The notes beneath the pieces were generated by a model. It worked only from the letters and a program-made list of their open reading frames with translations. It searched no databases and had not been told where the DNA came from. DNA of 32,000 nucleotides. It comes from Alkanindiges illinoisensis DSM 15370. GTDB taxonomy: Bacteria; Pseudomonadota; Gammaproteobacteria; Pseudomonadales; Moraxellaceae. How positions within the stretch are numbered: position 1 is the first letter of the stretch; each line of letters begins with the position of its first letter. The translations under genes were made by a program, and so were the position numbers. The DNA is taken from positions 1,450,064 through 1,482,063 of the forward strand of contig NZ_JHUX01000003.1 of NCBI RefSeq assembly GCF_000619845.1. The letters run 5' to 3'. Below, in pieces: positions 1 to 9,749 of the stretch.

Positions 1-345
1 CATTTGCAAGGCCATGCTATCGCCCGGATTGCTAACCAGTGTATTGGCCTGTGATTGAGCATCATTGAGCAACTGCGACACAATCGAATTATAATTTTGT
101 ACTTCATCAGGCACATCCAGCAGACGTGCCATCACATTATTCACCCAGTTCAGGGCGTCCTGATTGGCCTTGGTATAGGCATTAACAAAATCCTGCCAGT
201 CGGGTGGAATCTGATTTAAGGTAGGCAAGCTGGACGTCAGGACGCTGGTTACCCAGGTATTGACCACAATGACATTTTCCTTGTAGGTGTTTTGCGTTTC
301 AGCCAGTGAAACACTGTTTTTACTTATTGCTTGTGCTAATAACAT
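1..345 (-). CDS. 5' part (first 115 codons) of a helical protein resembling HBL/NHE/ClyA-type alpha-pore-forming toxin components; the gene runs off the window start
   Basis: Hand translation of the minus strand from ATG at 345-343 gives MLLAQAISKNSVSLAETQNTYKENVIVVNTWV...TKANQDALNWVNNVMARLLDVPDEVQNYNSIV..., open to position 1. A GGAGAAG Shine-Dalgarno motif lies 5 nt upstream of the ATG. The A..A..W.n....l..p..i.nY pattern resembles the N-terminal helices of HBL/NHE-family toxins, recalled from memory and not searched. Confidence 0.45.
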   Translation of the reverse strand, partial: MLLAQAISKNSVSLAETQNTYKENVIVVNTWVTSVLTSSLPTLNQIPPDWQDFVNAYTKANQDALNWVNNVMARLLDVPDEVQNYNSIVSQLLNDAQSQANTLVSNPGDSMALQM

Positions 346-347
346 CT

Positions 348-957
348 TCTTCTCCTTGGATAGGCTGTTTTGTTTAAACTCATAAATTGCACAGCCCTGA
401 CAATTTATGATTATTAATATTTTTTTGCCTGAATTTTAAAATAAATAGATAGCCACTCTTAATATAAATTAATATAAAGAGCATATTATTTAAGTTAGTA
501 TTTAAACCTATGCTAATATCCATATACATAGAGTATTAATTAAGATTTAGATAAATTAGTTTTTATGAGCTATAAAATAATTTGATTTGTTTCATAGAAT
601 TACCTTTTTAATTTAATAAATTTTTTACTACTTTGGTTAATTATTAAACTTAACTTAATTATAGGTTAACATTTAATAATTCATATAATCTTATTTTCAA
701 CGTGACATTTGCAACGCTAAGCAACCATAATATTTTTAATTTAAAGGTGTCAACAAAAATTAGGTAAAAAATATATGATAAAATATTTCATCATCAAAAT
801 AATTATATAAGATAAATTGATAAAATATGGGCTATATGATGCAGCCTGTATTTATTTTAATTGATAAATCAGCAAGGTAAAGATGAAACCAGCTAAACAT
901 AAGACTAGCCAGTTCTTACTCCATTACCTTGCTCCTTGCTATTTTATCCAACTGATT
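348..957. other. About 600-bp extremely AT-rich ORF-free intergenic region; probably holds the promoter of the toxin-like gene
   Basis: No ORF of 60 aa or more on either strand. A hand count of positions 541-600 gives 10 G+C out of 60. It contains a tandem 10-mer, ttaatataaa x2, at 459-478. Confidence 0.8.
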
Positions 958-991
958 TTAAAGCAAGTAAGATTTAATTAGTGGTGCTGAA

Positions 992-1897
992 TCAGAACGT
1001 ATCCTGCACATCAGACCACCAGGGGTAAAATGGCGGCATTTGTGAGGCTTTTTGCTTGAATTCCGGCGCACGTTTTTCCAGAAAAGACTGTACACCTTCC
1101 TTGCCATCGCCGACGCTGGTATAGAACATGGCCAGTGAATCCACCTGATGGGCAAACAAAGGATGCGGCATAGCACTGTTGCGGTACAACATCTGGCGAG
1201 CCAGTGCAAGCGCCACGGCTGAACGCCCATCAACAAACTTGTGCGCCAGTTTTTTGGCTTCATCCAGCAACTGGTCGGCAGGATACACCTGCTTGACCAG
1301 TCGGCCTTCTTTCGCCGTTTGCGCATCAAAAATATCTGCGCTGTATACCCATTCCAGTGCCTGCTGGATACCGACAATGCGTGGCAAAAACCAGCTTGAA
1401 CAGGCTTCCGGCACAATACCCAGCTTGCCAAATACAAAGCCAATTTTGGCTTTTTCGCTGGCCAGACGAATATCCATGGCCAAGGTCATGGTGGCGCCAA
1501 TCCCCACTGCTGCACCGTTAATAGCACCGATTACCGGTTTTTTACAGTCAAAAATTGATAGCACCACCCGGCCGCCAGTATCACATACGCCATTCTTGAT
1601 TTCGTCGTCATCGCGGCGTGCCTGCATGTCCTGCATGGACGGTTGCAGGGTTTCATTGAGGCCAAATACATTGCCTTCCTTGGACAAATCCATGCCTGCG
1701 CAAAATGCCCGGCCTTCGCCAGTCACAATAATGGCGCGAATGTCATCGTCTTCACTGGCTTTTTCAAAAAAATCCACCAGCTCATTGGCCATTTCCACGG
1801 TAAAGGCATTCATTTGCTCTGGCCGGTTTAGCGACAGTACTGTCACACCAGCAGCATCACGCTCGACTTTCAGGGTTTGATAGGTATAGCTTGCCAT
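992..1897 (-). CDS. Enoyl-CoA hydratase/isomerase (crotonase) family protein
   Basis: The track ORF is 992..1969. The likely true start is the internal Met at 1897 (MASYTYQTLKVERD...). Crotonase hallmarks are present: LNRPEQMNAF, FCAGMDL, and KPVIGAINGAAVGIG (oxyanion-hole region). Confidence 0.9.
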   Translation of the reverse strand: MASYTYQTLKVERDAAGVTVLSLNRPEQMNAFTVEMANELVDFFEKASEDDDIRAIIVTGEGRAFCAGMDLSKEGNVFGLNETLQPSMQDMQARRDDDEIKNGVCDTGGRVVLSIFDCKKPVIGAINGAAVGIGATMTLAMDIRLASEKAKIGFVFGKLGIVPEACSSWFLPRIVGIQQALEWVYSADIFDAQTAKEGRLVKQVYPADQLLDEAKKLAHKFVDGRSAVALALARQMLYRNSAMPHPLFAHQVDSLAMFYTSVGDGKEGVQSFLEKRAPEFKQKASQMPPFYPWWSDVQDTF

Positions 1898-2078
1898 GTG
1901 CAGCACACTCCATAATGACGAGAAAATGGTGGCATGCCACTTTTGCGCATCCACACCACGTTTATCCATTTTTATTGCCTAGGTTTTATAATAAAAAACG
2001 TCCAAATAAGCAAACCTGCCCGGCAAACTCAGGTATGATGAAACTCAGGTCTTTTATTTATTTTATTGTTATCACACC

Positions 2079-2741
2079 ATGACTTTATTATTTGTTGAAG
2101 ATGACAGCATGATTGGTGAATCCACCTGCGTGCTGTTAAAACAGGCTGGTTTTAATGTGCACTGGGCCAAAACCGGTACGCAGGCTCTGCAACTGTTTGA
2201 TAACCACGACTATGAATTTGTGCTGCTGGATCTGGGCCTGCCCGGCCTTGATGGCACACAGGTGCTGCAGCGCATCCGTAAGGTGAGCGACCTGCCAATC
2301 CTGATTTTAACGGCACGTGACAATGTGGAAGATCGCGTGTCCGGTCTGGAACAGGGTGCTGATGATTATCTGGTAAAGCCGTATCATATTGATGAGCTGC
2401 TGGCACGTATCCGCGCCTTGCTGCGCCGTGCCAAAGGAGCAACCCAGACTGAATATATGCTGGGCGACATCAAGATTATTCCGGCAGCACATGCAGTGTA
2501 TAAAAATGACCAGTTGATTGAAGTATCTGCCAAGGAATGGTCGATTATTGAAACGCTGGCCGCCACGCCCAACTGCATTTTTTCACGTGAGCAGCTGGAG
2601 CAAAAGATTTCTGAAAAACAGGATATTTTGCAAAGTAATACGGTAGAAGTGCATATTCATAATATCCGGCAGAAACTAGGCAAAAACTTTATCAAGACCA
2701 TCCGCGGATTGGGCTACAAGATTGGCAACCTTGAGCAATGA
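2079..2741 (+). CDS. OmpR/PhoB-family response regulator (receiver plus winged-helix domains)
   Basis: Receiver motifs are FVEDD, LLDLGLPGLDG and DDYLVKPY. The C-terminal winged helix shows VEVHIHNIRQKLG...IKTIRGLGYK. Confidence 0.9.
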   Translation: MTLLFVEDDSMIGESTCVLLKQAGFNVHWAKTGTQALQLFDNHDYEFVLLDLGLPGLDGTQVLQRIRKVSDLPILILTARDNVEDRVSGLEQGADDYLVKPYHIDELLARIRALLRRAKGATQTEYMLGDIKIIPAAHAVYKNDQLIEVSAKEWSIIETLAATPNCIFSREQLEQKISEKQDILQSNTVEVHIHNIRQKLGKNFIKTIRGLGYKIGNLEQ

Positions 2742-2827
2742 GACTTTGTACGACGTCAAGCCAGTTACAGCCAAACAAATGACAGGTTTTCAGCTGATAA
2801 GTGTTCAGGGGGCAGGATAGGCAAGCC

Positions 2828-4216
2828 ATGAGAAAAACGCATTTATTCTCTCTGGTCAACCGTATCCTGTTTTTGTTTGCAGCACTGGTGCTGGTGCTGT
2901 TTTTAATTATTTTTATTTTTGCCTACAACACCACCAAGTCTGAGTACGAACAAAAAGTCTATTACAAGATTGAGCGCGTGGGCATTTTGCTAGAGCGGGA
3001 ACTACGCGGCGCCAATGTAAGATCTTATCAGGGTCGCTATAAAATTGGTGAAGTCACGACCATTATCCGTATTGAGCAGAAAAATTGCAGCCAGCCGGTA
3101 ACACCTGTGATTGCAGCCGCGTGTAATCAGGTTTCCGGCTTTATTGCTGAAGAACTCAAAAACGATCACATTGATACGTATTACCTGAATGCCAGCAGCC
3201 CAAATACCAACAACAATTCAGTGATTCAGGTCAGTGTGCTACACAGCCATATCAATGCCTATGTATTAAAGCTCACCAGCCAGATTTTATTGCCTTACCT
3301 GATCATTTCCCCACTGGCGATTATTGCGCTGTTTGTTTTTCTACTCAATAGCTTAAAACCACTTCGCTCTCTGGAACAGGAAATTCAAAAGCGTGAACCC
3401 AACTATTTTGGGCCACTGGCCACCAGCCCGTCTTCAACGGAACTGAATTCGCTGGTGAATGCCCTAAACCAGTTATTTGAGCGTGCACACCAGTTTCAGA
3501 TTCAGCAGCAGCAGTTTATTGCCAATGCTGCCCATGAACTACGAACTCCCCTTACCGCCCTGAACCTGCACTTGCAAATTTTTAAAAATGAGCTGGTGAG
3601 TAGCGGACACTTGCAGCCTCATGAGCAGCAAATGTTTAGCGAACTGGAAGAACGCCTGCAACGCCTGCAACTACTGGTTAACCAGATGATGTCACTGGCG
3701 CATCAGGAAAAGCTGGGACATGAATCAGGCAAGCAGGCGGTTGAACTATCAGCACTGGTAAAAAGCTGTATTGAGCAGCTCTATCCCAGCCTTGAAAAAA
3801 AGCAGCTTAATCTGTACATCACCGACTTTGAAAAAAGCTGGATTATGGCGCGGCCTGACCAGCTCAATTCCATTGTAATGAACATCCTCGACAATGCCAT
3901 TAAATACACGCCCAAGGGAGGGCTGGTGAGCATTAGCCTTAAGGAACAGAGCCAGCAAACCACCCTGATTATTGAAGACAGTGGCCCCGGCATTGATGAA
4001 AGTGAATACCAGAATGTATTCCAGCGCTTTTATCGCCTGAACAATGCACAGGATATTATTGGCAGTGGGTTAGGTCTTGCAATTGTGCATCAGGCAGTGC
4101 AGCAATTGCAGGGTTCTATTGAACTGTCCCGCTCTATGCTGGGTGGCCTTGCCGTGATTTTAATATTTAAGAGTGCGCCCCAAAATTCTGCCCTGCCTGC
4201 TGTTTTGCCTGAATAA
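2828..4216 (+). CDS. Sensor histidine kinase, partner of the upstream response regulator
   Basis: The track ORF begins at GTG 2801, but ATG at 2828 (MRKTHLFSL...) is preferred. There are two hydrophobic segments, an H-box AAHELRTPL, an N-box NILDNAIKYTP, and G-boxes EDSGPGI and GSGLGLAIV. Confidence 0.85.
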   Translation: MRKTHLFSLVNRILFLFAALVLVLFLIIFIFAYNTTKSEYEQKVYYKIERVGILLERELRGANVRSYQGRYKIGEVTTIIRIEQKNCSQPVTPVIAAACNQVSGFIAEELKNDHIDTYYLNASSPNTNNNSVIQVSVLHSHINAYVLKLTSQILLPYLIISPLAIIALFVFLLNSLKPLRSLEQEIQKREPNYFGPLATSPSSTELNSLVNALNQLFERAHQFQIQQQQFIANAAHELRTPLTALNLHLQIFKNELVSSGHLQPHEQQMFSELEERLQRLQLLVNQMMSLAHQEKLGHESGKQAVELSALVKSCIEQLYPSLEKKQLNLYITDFEKSWIMARPDQLNSIVMNILDNAIKYTPKGGLVSISLKEQSQQTTLIIEDSGPGIDESEYQNVFQRFYRLNNAQDIIGSGLGLAIVHQAVQQLQGSIELSRSMLGGLAVILIFKSAPQNSALPAVLPE

Positions 4217-4409
4217 GATATTTTTAACATCCTTATGTCTGGCTTCATCTTTACCTGTTGGCAACTTTACGCTTCACAAGATGCTCTAACTTTTCACGTT
4301 TTTGCACTATTTGGAAACCCTTTTTTGCATTTTGCACATAGTGAAGGGCTAAAGTGAGCTTTGTTGCTGGCAGGTTTGCTGGCTGAAAATGCAAAGTGAG
4401 GCCTAAAAA

Positions 4410-5771
4410 ATGATGTCCCCTGTTAGTAAAATTTTAGCCCGCAAAAAAATGATAGGGTGGAAAACCAGCGTATTCTGGCTGGGATGCAATCTACTAAGCA
4501 CTGTCATTCATGCCCAGCAGCCTTTTGCCCAAGAAAGCCAGTGGATGCTGGGCAACTGGAATGGCAAACGCACGGCGCTGGCCGAACAAGGCTATACCTT
4601 TGATCTGGGCTATACTGGTGAAATGGCCAGCTTACTGGATGGCGGCTACAGTAATAACCACAGAACGGAATATGCCGACCAGTTTGCCCTGGGTACCCAT
4701 TTGGATCTGGAAAAAATTCTGGGCTGGCCAGATACACAGGCGCAAATTACCCTCACTGAGCGCAACGGCCATTCATTGTCCGACAAGAATTACGGTGTGA
4801 TTGGTGACCCGCGCGTAGGGCATTTAAGTGCCACGCAGGAAGTCTGGGGTCGCGGGCAAACCTGGCGGCTCACCGATTTCTGGATTCAAAAACAGTTTCT
4901 GGACAAGCGGCTAGATATTAAGCTGGGCCGTTTCGGCGAGGGCGAAGACTTTAACAGCTTTAATTGTGACTTTCAGAACCTGAGTCTGTGCGGATCACAG
5001 GTTGGCAACTGGGTGGGCGATATCTGGTACAACTGGCCGGTCAGCCAGTGGGCAGGACGGGTTAAATACAACATGCAGCCGGACTGGTATGCACAGGTGG
5101 GCGTGTATGAATATAACCCGGAAAACCTTGAGCGCAGCAAGGGCTTTAACCTGAGTACTGATGGCTCAAAAGGCGCTATTATTCCCATTGAACTGGTGTG
5201 GCAGCCCAAGCTGGGGTTACAGCAACTACCGGGAGAATATCGCGCTGGCTATTATCACAGTACCGCAGATTCTGGGCGCATTAACAGCTCAGACCGGACT
5301 GAGCACAAACATGGCGGCTGGCTGGTTCTCAAACAACAACTCACCAGTAAAACAGACACTGGTAATGATGATTCCATGAACAACAACAGCCGTGGCCTGA
5401 CTGGTTTTGCCAATATTACCCTGCATGACAAAGACACTAATACGGTTGATAATTTCCAGAATATTGGACTGGTATACCACGGCTGGTTTGATCAGCGCCC
5501 GCGTGATGACATCGGGCTTGGATTTTCACGCATTCACGTCAATGACGCAGTGAGCCGCGTGCAAAAACAAAATGACATTTTGCTGAACATTGATGATCCC
5601 TCCTATCAGCCTGTGCAGGATACTGAATACAACGCCGAGCTTTATTATGGACTGCACCTGTCAGACTGGTTGACCTTGCGGCCAAATATTCAATATATCA
5701 AACATGCCGGTGGCGTGGATTATCTGGATGACACATGGGTGGGTGGCATTAAGCTGCAACTGGGCTTTTAG
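4410..5771 (+). CDS. oprB: Carbohydrate-selective porin, OprB family
   Basis: N-terminal signal peptide (...LLSTVIHAQQ). OprB-like N-terminus W.LG.WNG.R..L...G..F...YTGE. The C-terminus is beta-barrel-like and ends in F. It lies beside gcd. The start could instead be Met at 4449. Confidence 0.8.
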   Translation: MMSPVSKILARKKMIGWKTSVFWLGCNLLSTVIHAQQPFAQESQWMLGNWNGKRTALAEQGYTFDLGYTGEMASLLDGGYSNNHRTEYADQFALGTHLDLEKILGWPDTQAQITLTERNGHSLSDKNYGVIGDPRVGHLSATQEVWGRGQTWRLTDFWIQKQFLDKRLDIKLGRFGEGEDFNSFNCDFQNLSLCGSQVGNWVGDIWYNWPVSQWAGRVKYNMQPDWYAQVGVYEYNPENLERSKGFNLSTDGSKGAIIPIELVWQPKLGLQQLPGEYRAGYYHSTADSGRINSSDRTEHKHGGWLVLKQQLTSKTDTGNDDSMNNNSRGLTGFANITLHDKDTNTVDNFQNIGLVYHGWFDQRPRDDIGLGFSRIHVNDAVSRVQKQNDILLNIDDPSYQPVQDTEYNAELYYGLHLSDWLTLRPNIQYIKHAGGVDYLDDTWVGGIKLQLGF

Positions 5772-5820
5772 CTTTATTTGGCAAAGGCTTTGGGCTAAGA
5801 AACTGGCAGTCGCTTTAATT

Positions 5821-5855
5821 AAACTACGTCTGAATTTTTCGGCGTAGTTTTTTAT
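5821..5855 (+). terminator. Rho-independent terminator after oprB
   Basis: A 9-bp stem pairs aactacgtc (5822-5830) with ggcgtagtt (5841-5849), including one G-U pair. The loop is 10 nt and a T-run follows at 5850-5854. Confidence 0.65.
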
Positions 5856-6227
5856 TGCGGAAAAATTCTTTGTTACTACTATTTAAAGTTAAAGCCTTAA
5901 AACCATTTCGAAATAAATTAAAAGGGGGAAACCGGACCAAATTTAGAATTTTTAACAGCAAGCCAACCTTTTACTATAGTTAAAATGATCTACTCCTATT
6001 GTGTAGTTTATTGATGGTAGTACCTTAGTTCTGTAAAAACTAAACTGGCATTAAGAAATCAGTTAAAGGTGAAAAGACTCGCAGTATTAAAGCTGCATTT
6101 ATTTATCCTTATTTTTTATTAAAAAACTGCCACATAAATTACTCAAAACTCCGGATTAACTAAAATTTGATATCAGCAACAATAAAACCAATAACACAAT
6201 CACCTGCTAGCTGTAGTGAGGTAAAAC

Positions 6228-8774
6228 ATGACTGCGACTTCCTCTGGTCACCCCTTCCTGCCCCGTATCATTGGGGTTATTTTATTGCTGAGTGGCCTTG
6301 CACTGGTTTTTGGTGGCATTAAGCTGCTGATGCTGGGTGGCTCCTGGTATTACTTGCCAGCAGGCCTTGCTGTTGCTATTGCCGGCCTGTTGCTGCTATG
6401 GCGAAACGCATCGGCTCTGAGCTTGTATGGCCTGTTTTTAATAATTAGTACCATTTGGGCCTGGTCGGAAATCGGGCTGGACTGGTGGCAACTAGTTCCC
6501 CGGCTGGCACTCTGGTTTGGCCTTGGCCTTTTACTGATTCTGCCGTGGTTTCGCAAGCCGTTGTTAACGCCCAATACCTCACCTGTACACACTGTCATGC
6601 TAAGTATCGGGTTACTGATGGCCGGAGGTTCGGCACTGATTAGCCAGTTTGTCGATCAGGACAAATATTCGCTAAAAGGAACGCTAGATCGCACCAGTAC
6701 CGAGATGACCAGCACAGCACCTGCCCAGCCCGCAGGTGACTGGCAATCTTATGGACGCACTGCCTTTGGGGACCGTTATTCGCCATTAGCCCAGATTACC
6801 CCGGATAATGTGCAAAAGCTGGAAGTAGCATGGAAGTATCGCACTGGTGATGTGCCGGGTGAAAATGACCCGCATGAAACCACTGCAGAAAACACGCCGT
6901 TAAAAGTCAATGGCAAGCTGTACGTCTGTACGCCACATAGCAAGGTGATTGCCCTTGATCCCGATACTGGCAAGGAAATATGGCGCTTTGACCCACAACT
7001 GAGCACCCAGCGCGCTGGAACTTTTAAAAACTGGGCACACATGACCTGCCGTGGCGTGGCCTACCATGACGATGCCGAATATGCACAGCAAACCAGCGGC
7101 ACCAATATTCCTGCTGACGCTACTTCAGTAGCTTCAAACACTACAGCTAGCACAACCGCAAATGCCGGTAATTCTTTACCCGTTGCCACCACTACTGATC
7201 CACTGGTTACAACAGTCGCTCCTGCCCCGGCCAGCGCCACCAATACTGCAAAAACTACCTGTAGCAAACGGATTTTTGTACCCACTGCCGATACCCGCTT
7301 GATTGCCATTAATGCCGATACTGGCCAGATGTGTCGTGAGTTTGGTAAGGATGGCAGCGTAGACTTAACTGCCAATATGGGCAGCTTTACAGCTGGTGGC
7401 TATTACTCAACTTCACCACCAGCCGTTACCCGCAATCTGGTTATTATTGGCGGCCATGTGACTGATAACCTGTCTACCGATGAGCCTTCGGGCGTGATCC
7501 GTGCTTATGATGTACATGATGGTCATCTGGTCTGGAACTGGGATAGCGGTAATCCGACCCAGACTGCACCCATTGCTGCGGATGGTATTTATACCCGTAA
7601 CTCCCCCAACATGTGGTCGGTTACTGCTGTGGATGAGAAAAATGGCCTGCTGTACCTGCCGATGGGTAACCAGATGCCTGACCAGTGGGGCGGCAACCGC
7701 ACCAAAGCTTCTGAAACCTACAGTGCCGGTGTTACTGCGCTGGATATTGCCACTGGGCAGGTACACTGGACGTTCCAGATGACGCATCACGACCTGTGGG
7801 ATATGGATGTTGGTGGCCAGCCGACTTTGATTGATATTAAAACGGCGCAAGGCGTGCAACCTGCCCTGATGGCATCTACCAAGCAAGGCAGTATCTATGT
7901 ATTAAATCGCCTGACCGGCAAGCCAGTTTATCCCGTTAAGGAAACGCCTGTACCGCAAGGCCATGAAAAGGAAGTATTGGCCAGTGGTGAATATTACTCC
8001 CCCACCCAGCCTATTTCCGACATTAACTTTGTACCCAAAATGTCGGAAAAAGACATGTGGGGCGGCACGCCATTTGACCAGCTCATCTGTCGCATTCAGT
8101 ACAAATCCATGAACTATCAAGGCATTTATACGCCGCCGTCATTACAGGGTTCGCTGGTTTATCCCGGTAACTTTGGTGTGTTTGACTGGGGTGGTATTTC
8201 AGTTGATCCGGTACGTCAGATTGCCTTTGTAAACCCCAACTTTATGGCCTTTAAATCCAAACTGGTACCGCGTGAAGCAGTGGCCAACGGTGCAGCGCGC
8301 AAAAGTGAGGTTGAAGGTGTACAACCTAATAAGGGCGCACCTTTTGGAGTGATTCTGGAGCCTTTTATTTCACCAACCGGCTTGCCCTGTCAGGCACCTG
8401 CTTGGGGTTATATTGCTGCCATTGACCTCACTACTGGCAAAAAAATCTGGATGCACAAAAATGGCACCGTGCGTGACAACTCACCATTGCCATTATTCTT
8501 TAAAATGGGTGTGCCCAGTCTGGGCGGCACCATTACAACCGCTGGCGGTGTAGGGTTTTTAAGTGGTACGCTTGATCAGTACCTGCGTGCCTATGACATG
8601 AAAAGCGGAAAAGAGTTGTGGCGGGGCCGCTTGCCTGCCGGAGCACAAACCACGCCCATGACCTATGCTGGAAAGGATGGCCAGCAGTATGTTCTGGTGA
8701 TGGCTGGAGGACATGGTTCACTGGGCACTCGTAAAGGCGATTATGTATATGCCTACAAATTGCCAAAAACCTAA
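6228..8774 (+). CDS. gcd: Membrane-bound PQQ-dependent (quinoprotein) glucose dehydrogenase
   Basis: The N-terminus has multiple transmembrane helices and is followed by a PQQ beta-propeller (W-rich repeats, e.g. DLWDMDVGGQP and AGGHG near the C-terminus). At 848 aa it is longer than I recall for typical Gcd, because of a Thr/Ala-rich insertion. Confidence 0.9.
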   Translation: MTATSSGHPFLPRIIGVILLLSGLALVFGGIKLLMLGGSWYYLPAGLAVAIAGLLLLWRNASALSLYGLFLIISTIWAWSEIGLDWWQLVPRLALWFGLGLLLILPWFRKPLLTPNTSPVHTVMLSIGLLMAGGSALISQFVDQDKYSLKGTLDRTSTEMTSTAPAQPAGDWQSYGRTAFGDRYSPLAQITPDNVQKLEVAWKYRTGDVPGENDPHETTAENTPLKVNGKLYVCTPHSKVIALDPDTGKEIWRFDPQLSTQRAGTFKNWAHMTCRGVAYHDDAEYAQQTSGTNIPADATSVASNTTASTTANAGNSLPVATTTDPLVTTVAPAPASATNTAKTTCSKRIFVPTADTRLIAINADTGQMCREFGKDGSVDLTANMGSFTAGGYYSTSPPAVTRNLVIIGGHVTDNLSTDEPSGVIRAYDVHDGHLVWNWDSGNPTQTAPIAADGIYTRNSPNMWSVTAVDEKNGLLYLPMGNQMPDQWGGNRTKASETYSAGVTALDIATGQVHWTFQMTHHDLWDMDVGGQPTLIDIKTAQGVQPALMASTKQGSIYVLNRLTGKPVYPVKETPVPQGHEKEVLASGEYYSPTQPISDINFVPKMSEKDMWGGTPFDQLICRIQYKSMNYQGIYTPPSLQGSLVYPGNFGVFDWGGISVDPVRQIAFVNPNFMAFKSKLVPREAVANGAARKSEVEGVQPNKGAPFGVILEPFISPTGLPCQAPAWGYIAAIDLTTGKKIWMHKNGTVRDNSPLPLFFKMGVPSLGGTITTAGGVGFLSGTLDQYLRAYDMKSGKELWRGRLPAGAQTTPMTYAGKDGQQYVLVMAGGHGSLGTRKGDYVYAYKLPKT

Positions 8775-8803
8775 ATCTGTCTAATTTGAAGGTTACTCCA
8801 ACG

Positions 8804-8837
8804 CCTGTCTTATCTCTTGTAAGGCAGGCTTTTTTAT
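8804..8837 (+). terminator. Rho-independent terminator after gcd
   Basis: A 10-bp stem pairs gcctgtctta (8804-8813) with taaggcaggc (8821-8830), with one G-U pair. A T-run follows at 8831-8836. Confidence 0.7.
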
Positions 8838-8959
8838 GGTGGCTATAGAACCAGCCAGGCCTGATTACTCTTACAATCTTGCTAAAAAACAAATGTATAA
8901 CTAACCGGATAATGTATTGGCCTCTAGGTTATAGTGAATAAAAATTCTGGAAAACTACC

Positions 8960-9523
8960 ATGCAGCGGCAACCACTGACCAAACAGCAAGCCATAGCACT
9001 GGAGCGGCAACTGGCGAGCTATGCCAATATTCTGGACAGTCTGGTGCGTATCCCGTTTACCCGACAGGGCATTGGCGCTGATGCAGCCTTGGGCACCATT
9101 CCAGTGGTGGGCGATCTGGCAGGCTTAGGTTTGGCATCTTTTGCCATTTTTAAGGCATGGCAAGCTGGTGTGCCAATACACAAGCTCATGCCTGCAGTAC
9201 GCCTTGCGCTGCTGGATGTTACCGTTGGTTTTGTACCTGTAGTAGGTGATGTGATGGATGTGTTTATCCGTCCTAGCCGCAAAGCGCTGGCTATTGTGCA
9301 TACGCATTTGCGTGAGGTGCATGGTTTGCAAAATGATGATCATATCGTCCATCCTTTTTTGCATCGCAAGCTGGAACAACGGCAGCAGACTTCAGCACTC
9401 TGGCGTAATCCTTTAGTGAGCTGGCTATGGCTGCGTATTCCCGATATTCTTGGCATCATTATTCTGGTATGGTTTGGCTTTACGCTATATGCACTGATTC
9501 GCTGGCTGGGCGGAATGTTTTAG
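8960..9523 (+). CDS. DUF4112-like small membrane protein
   Basis: The motif IPVVGDLAG... is duplicated as VPVVGDVMDVFIRPSRKAL, and there is a C-terminal transmembrane helix. This matches my recollection of the DUF4112 pattern. Confidence 0.6.
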   Translation: MQRQPLTKQQAIALERQLASYANILDSLVRIPFTRQGIGADAALGTIPVVGDLAGLGLASFAIFKAWQAGVPIHKLMPAVRLALLDVTVGFVPVVGDVMDVFIRPSRKALAIVHTHLREVHGLQNDDHIVHPFLHRKLEQRQQTSALWRNPLVSWLWLRIPDILGIIILVWFGFTLYALIRWLGGMF

Positions 9524-9615
9524 CGCTATTTGCTTAAAAGCTGTGCACTTGGCAAGCTTTTCTGACTAAAAATAATTGTTTTTTTAAATAACACCCTGTA
9601 TTCTTTGCAACCACT

Positions 9616-9703
9616 GGAAGCGTGGCAGAGTGGTTGAATGCACCGGTCTTGAAAACCGGCGACCCGCAAGGGTTCGTGAGTTCGAATCTCACCGCTTCCG
9701 CCA
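9616..9703 (+). tRNA. tRNA-Ser (anticodon UGA), long variable arm, encoded CCA
   Basis: Acceptor stem ggaagcg/cgcttcc. The anticodon stem ccggt/accgg has the loop cttgaaa, giving anticodon TGA. The T arm is gtgag-ttcgaat-ctcac. It is nearly identical in layout to enterobacterial tRNA-Ser(UGA). Confidence 0.95.
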
Positions 9704-9714
9704 GATTTTTAAAA

Positions 9715-9741
9715 AAGCCGTTGATAATCAACGGCTTTTTT
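9715..9741 (+). terminator. Rho-independent terminator of the tRNA gene
   Basis: A perfect 10-bp stem pairs aagccgttga with tcaacggctt around a 3-nt loop, followed by a T-run. Confidence 0.75.
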
Positions 9742-9749
9742 ATTTCCTA

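Noticed and set aside
958-1880. Track ORFs 958..1443(-), 1179..1880(+) and 1643..1831(+), all overlapping the enoyl-CoA hydratase gene
   Set aside because: They are alternative-frame or antisense shadows of a gene with clear crotonase motifs. Their products are low-complexity or Ser/Ala/Arg-rich with no start signals.
6350-8892. Numerous antisense or off-frame ORFs inside gcd (for example 7061..7375, 7413..7886 and 8533..8892)
   Set aside because: All lie within the well-supported Gcd reading frame or run across its terminator. They are typical shadow ORFs of a moderately GC-rich gene.
9534-9731. 65-aa minus-strand ORF
   Set aside because: It is antisense to tRNA-Ser and its terminator, so it is an artefact of ORF calling.
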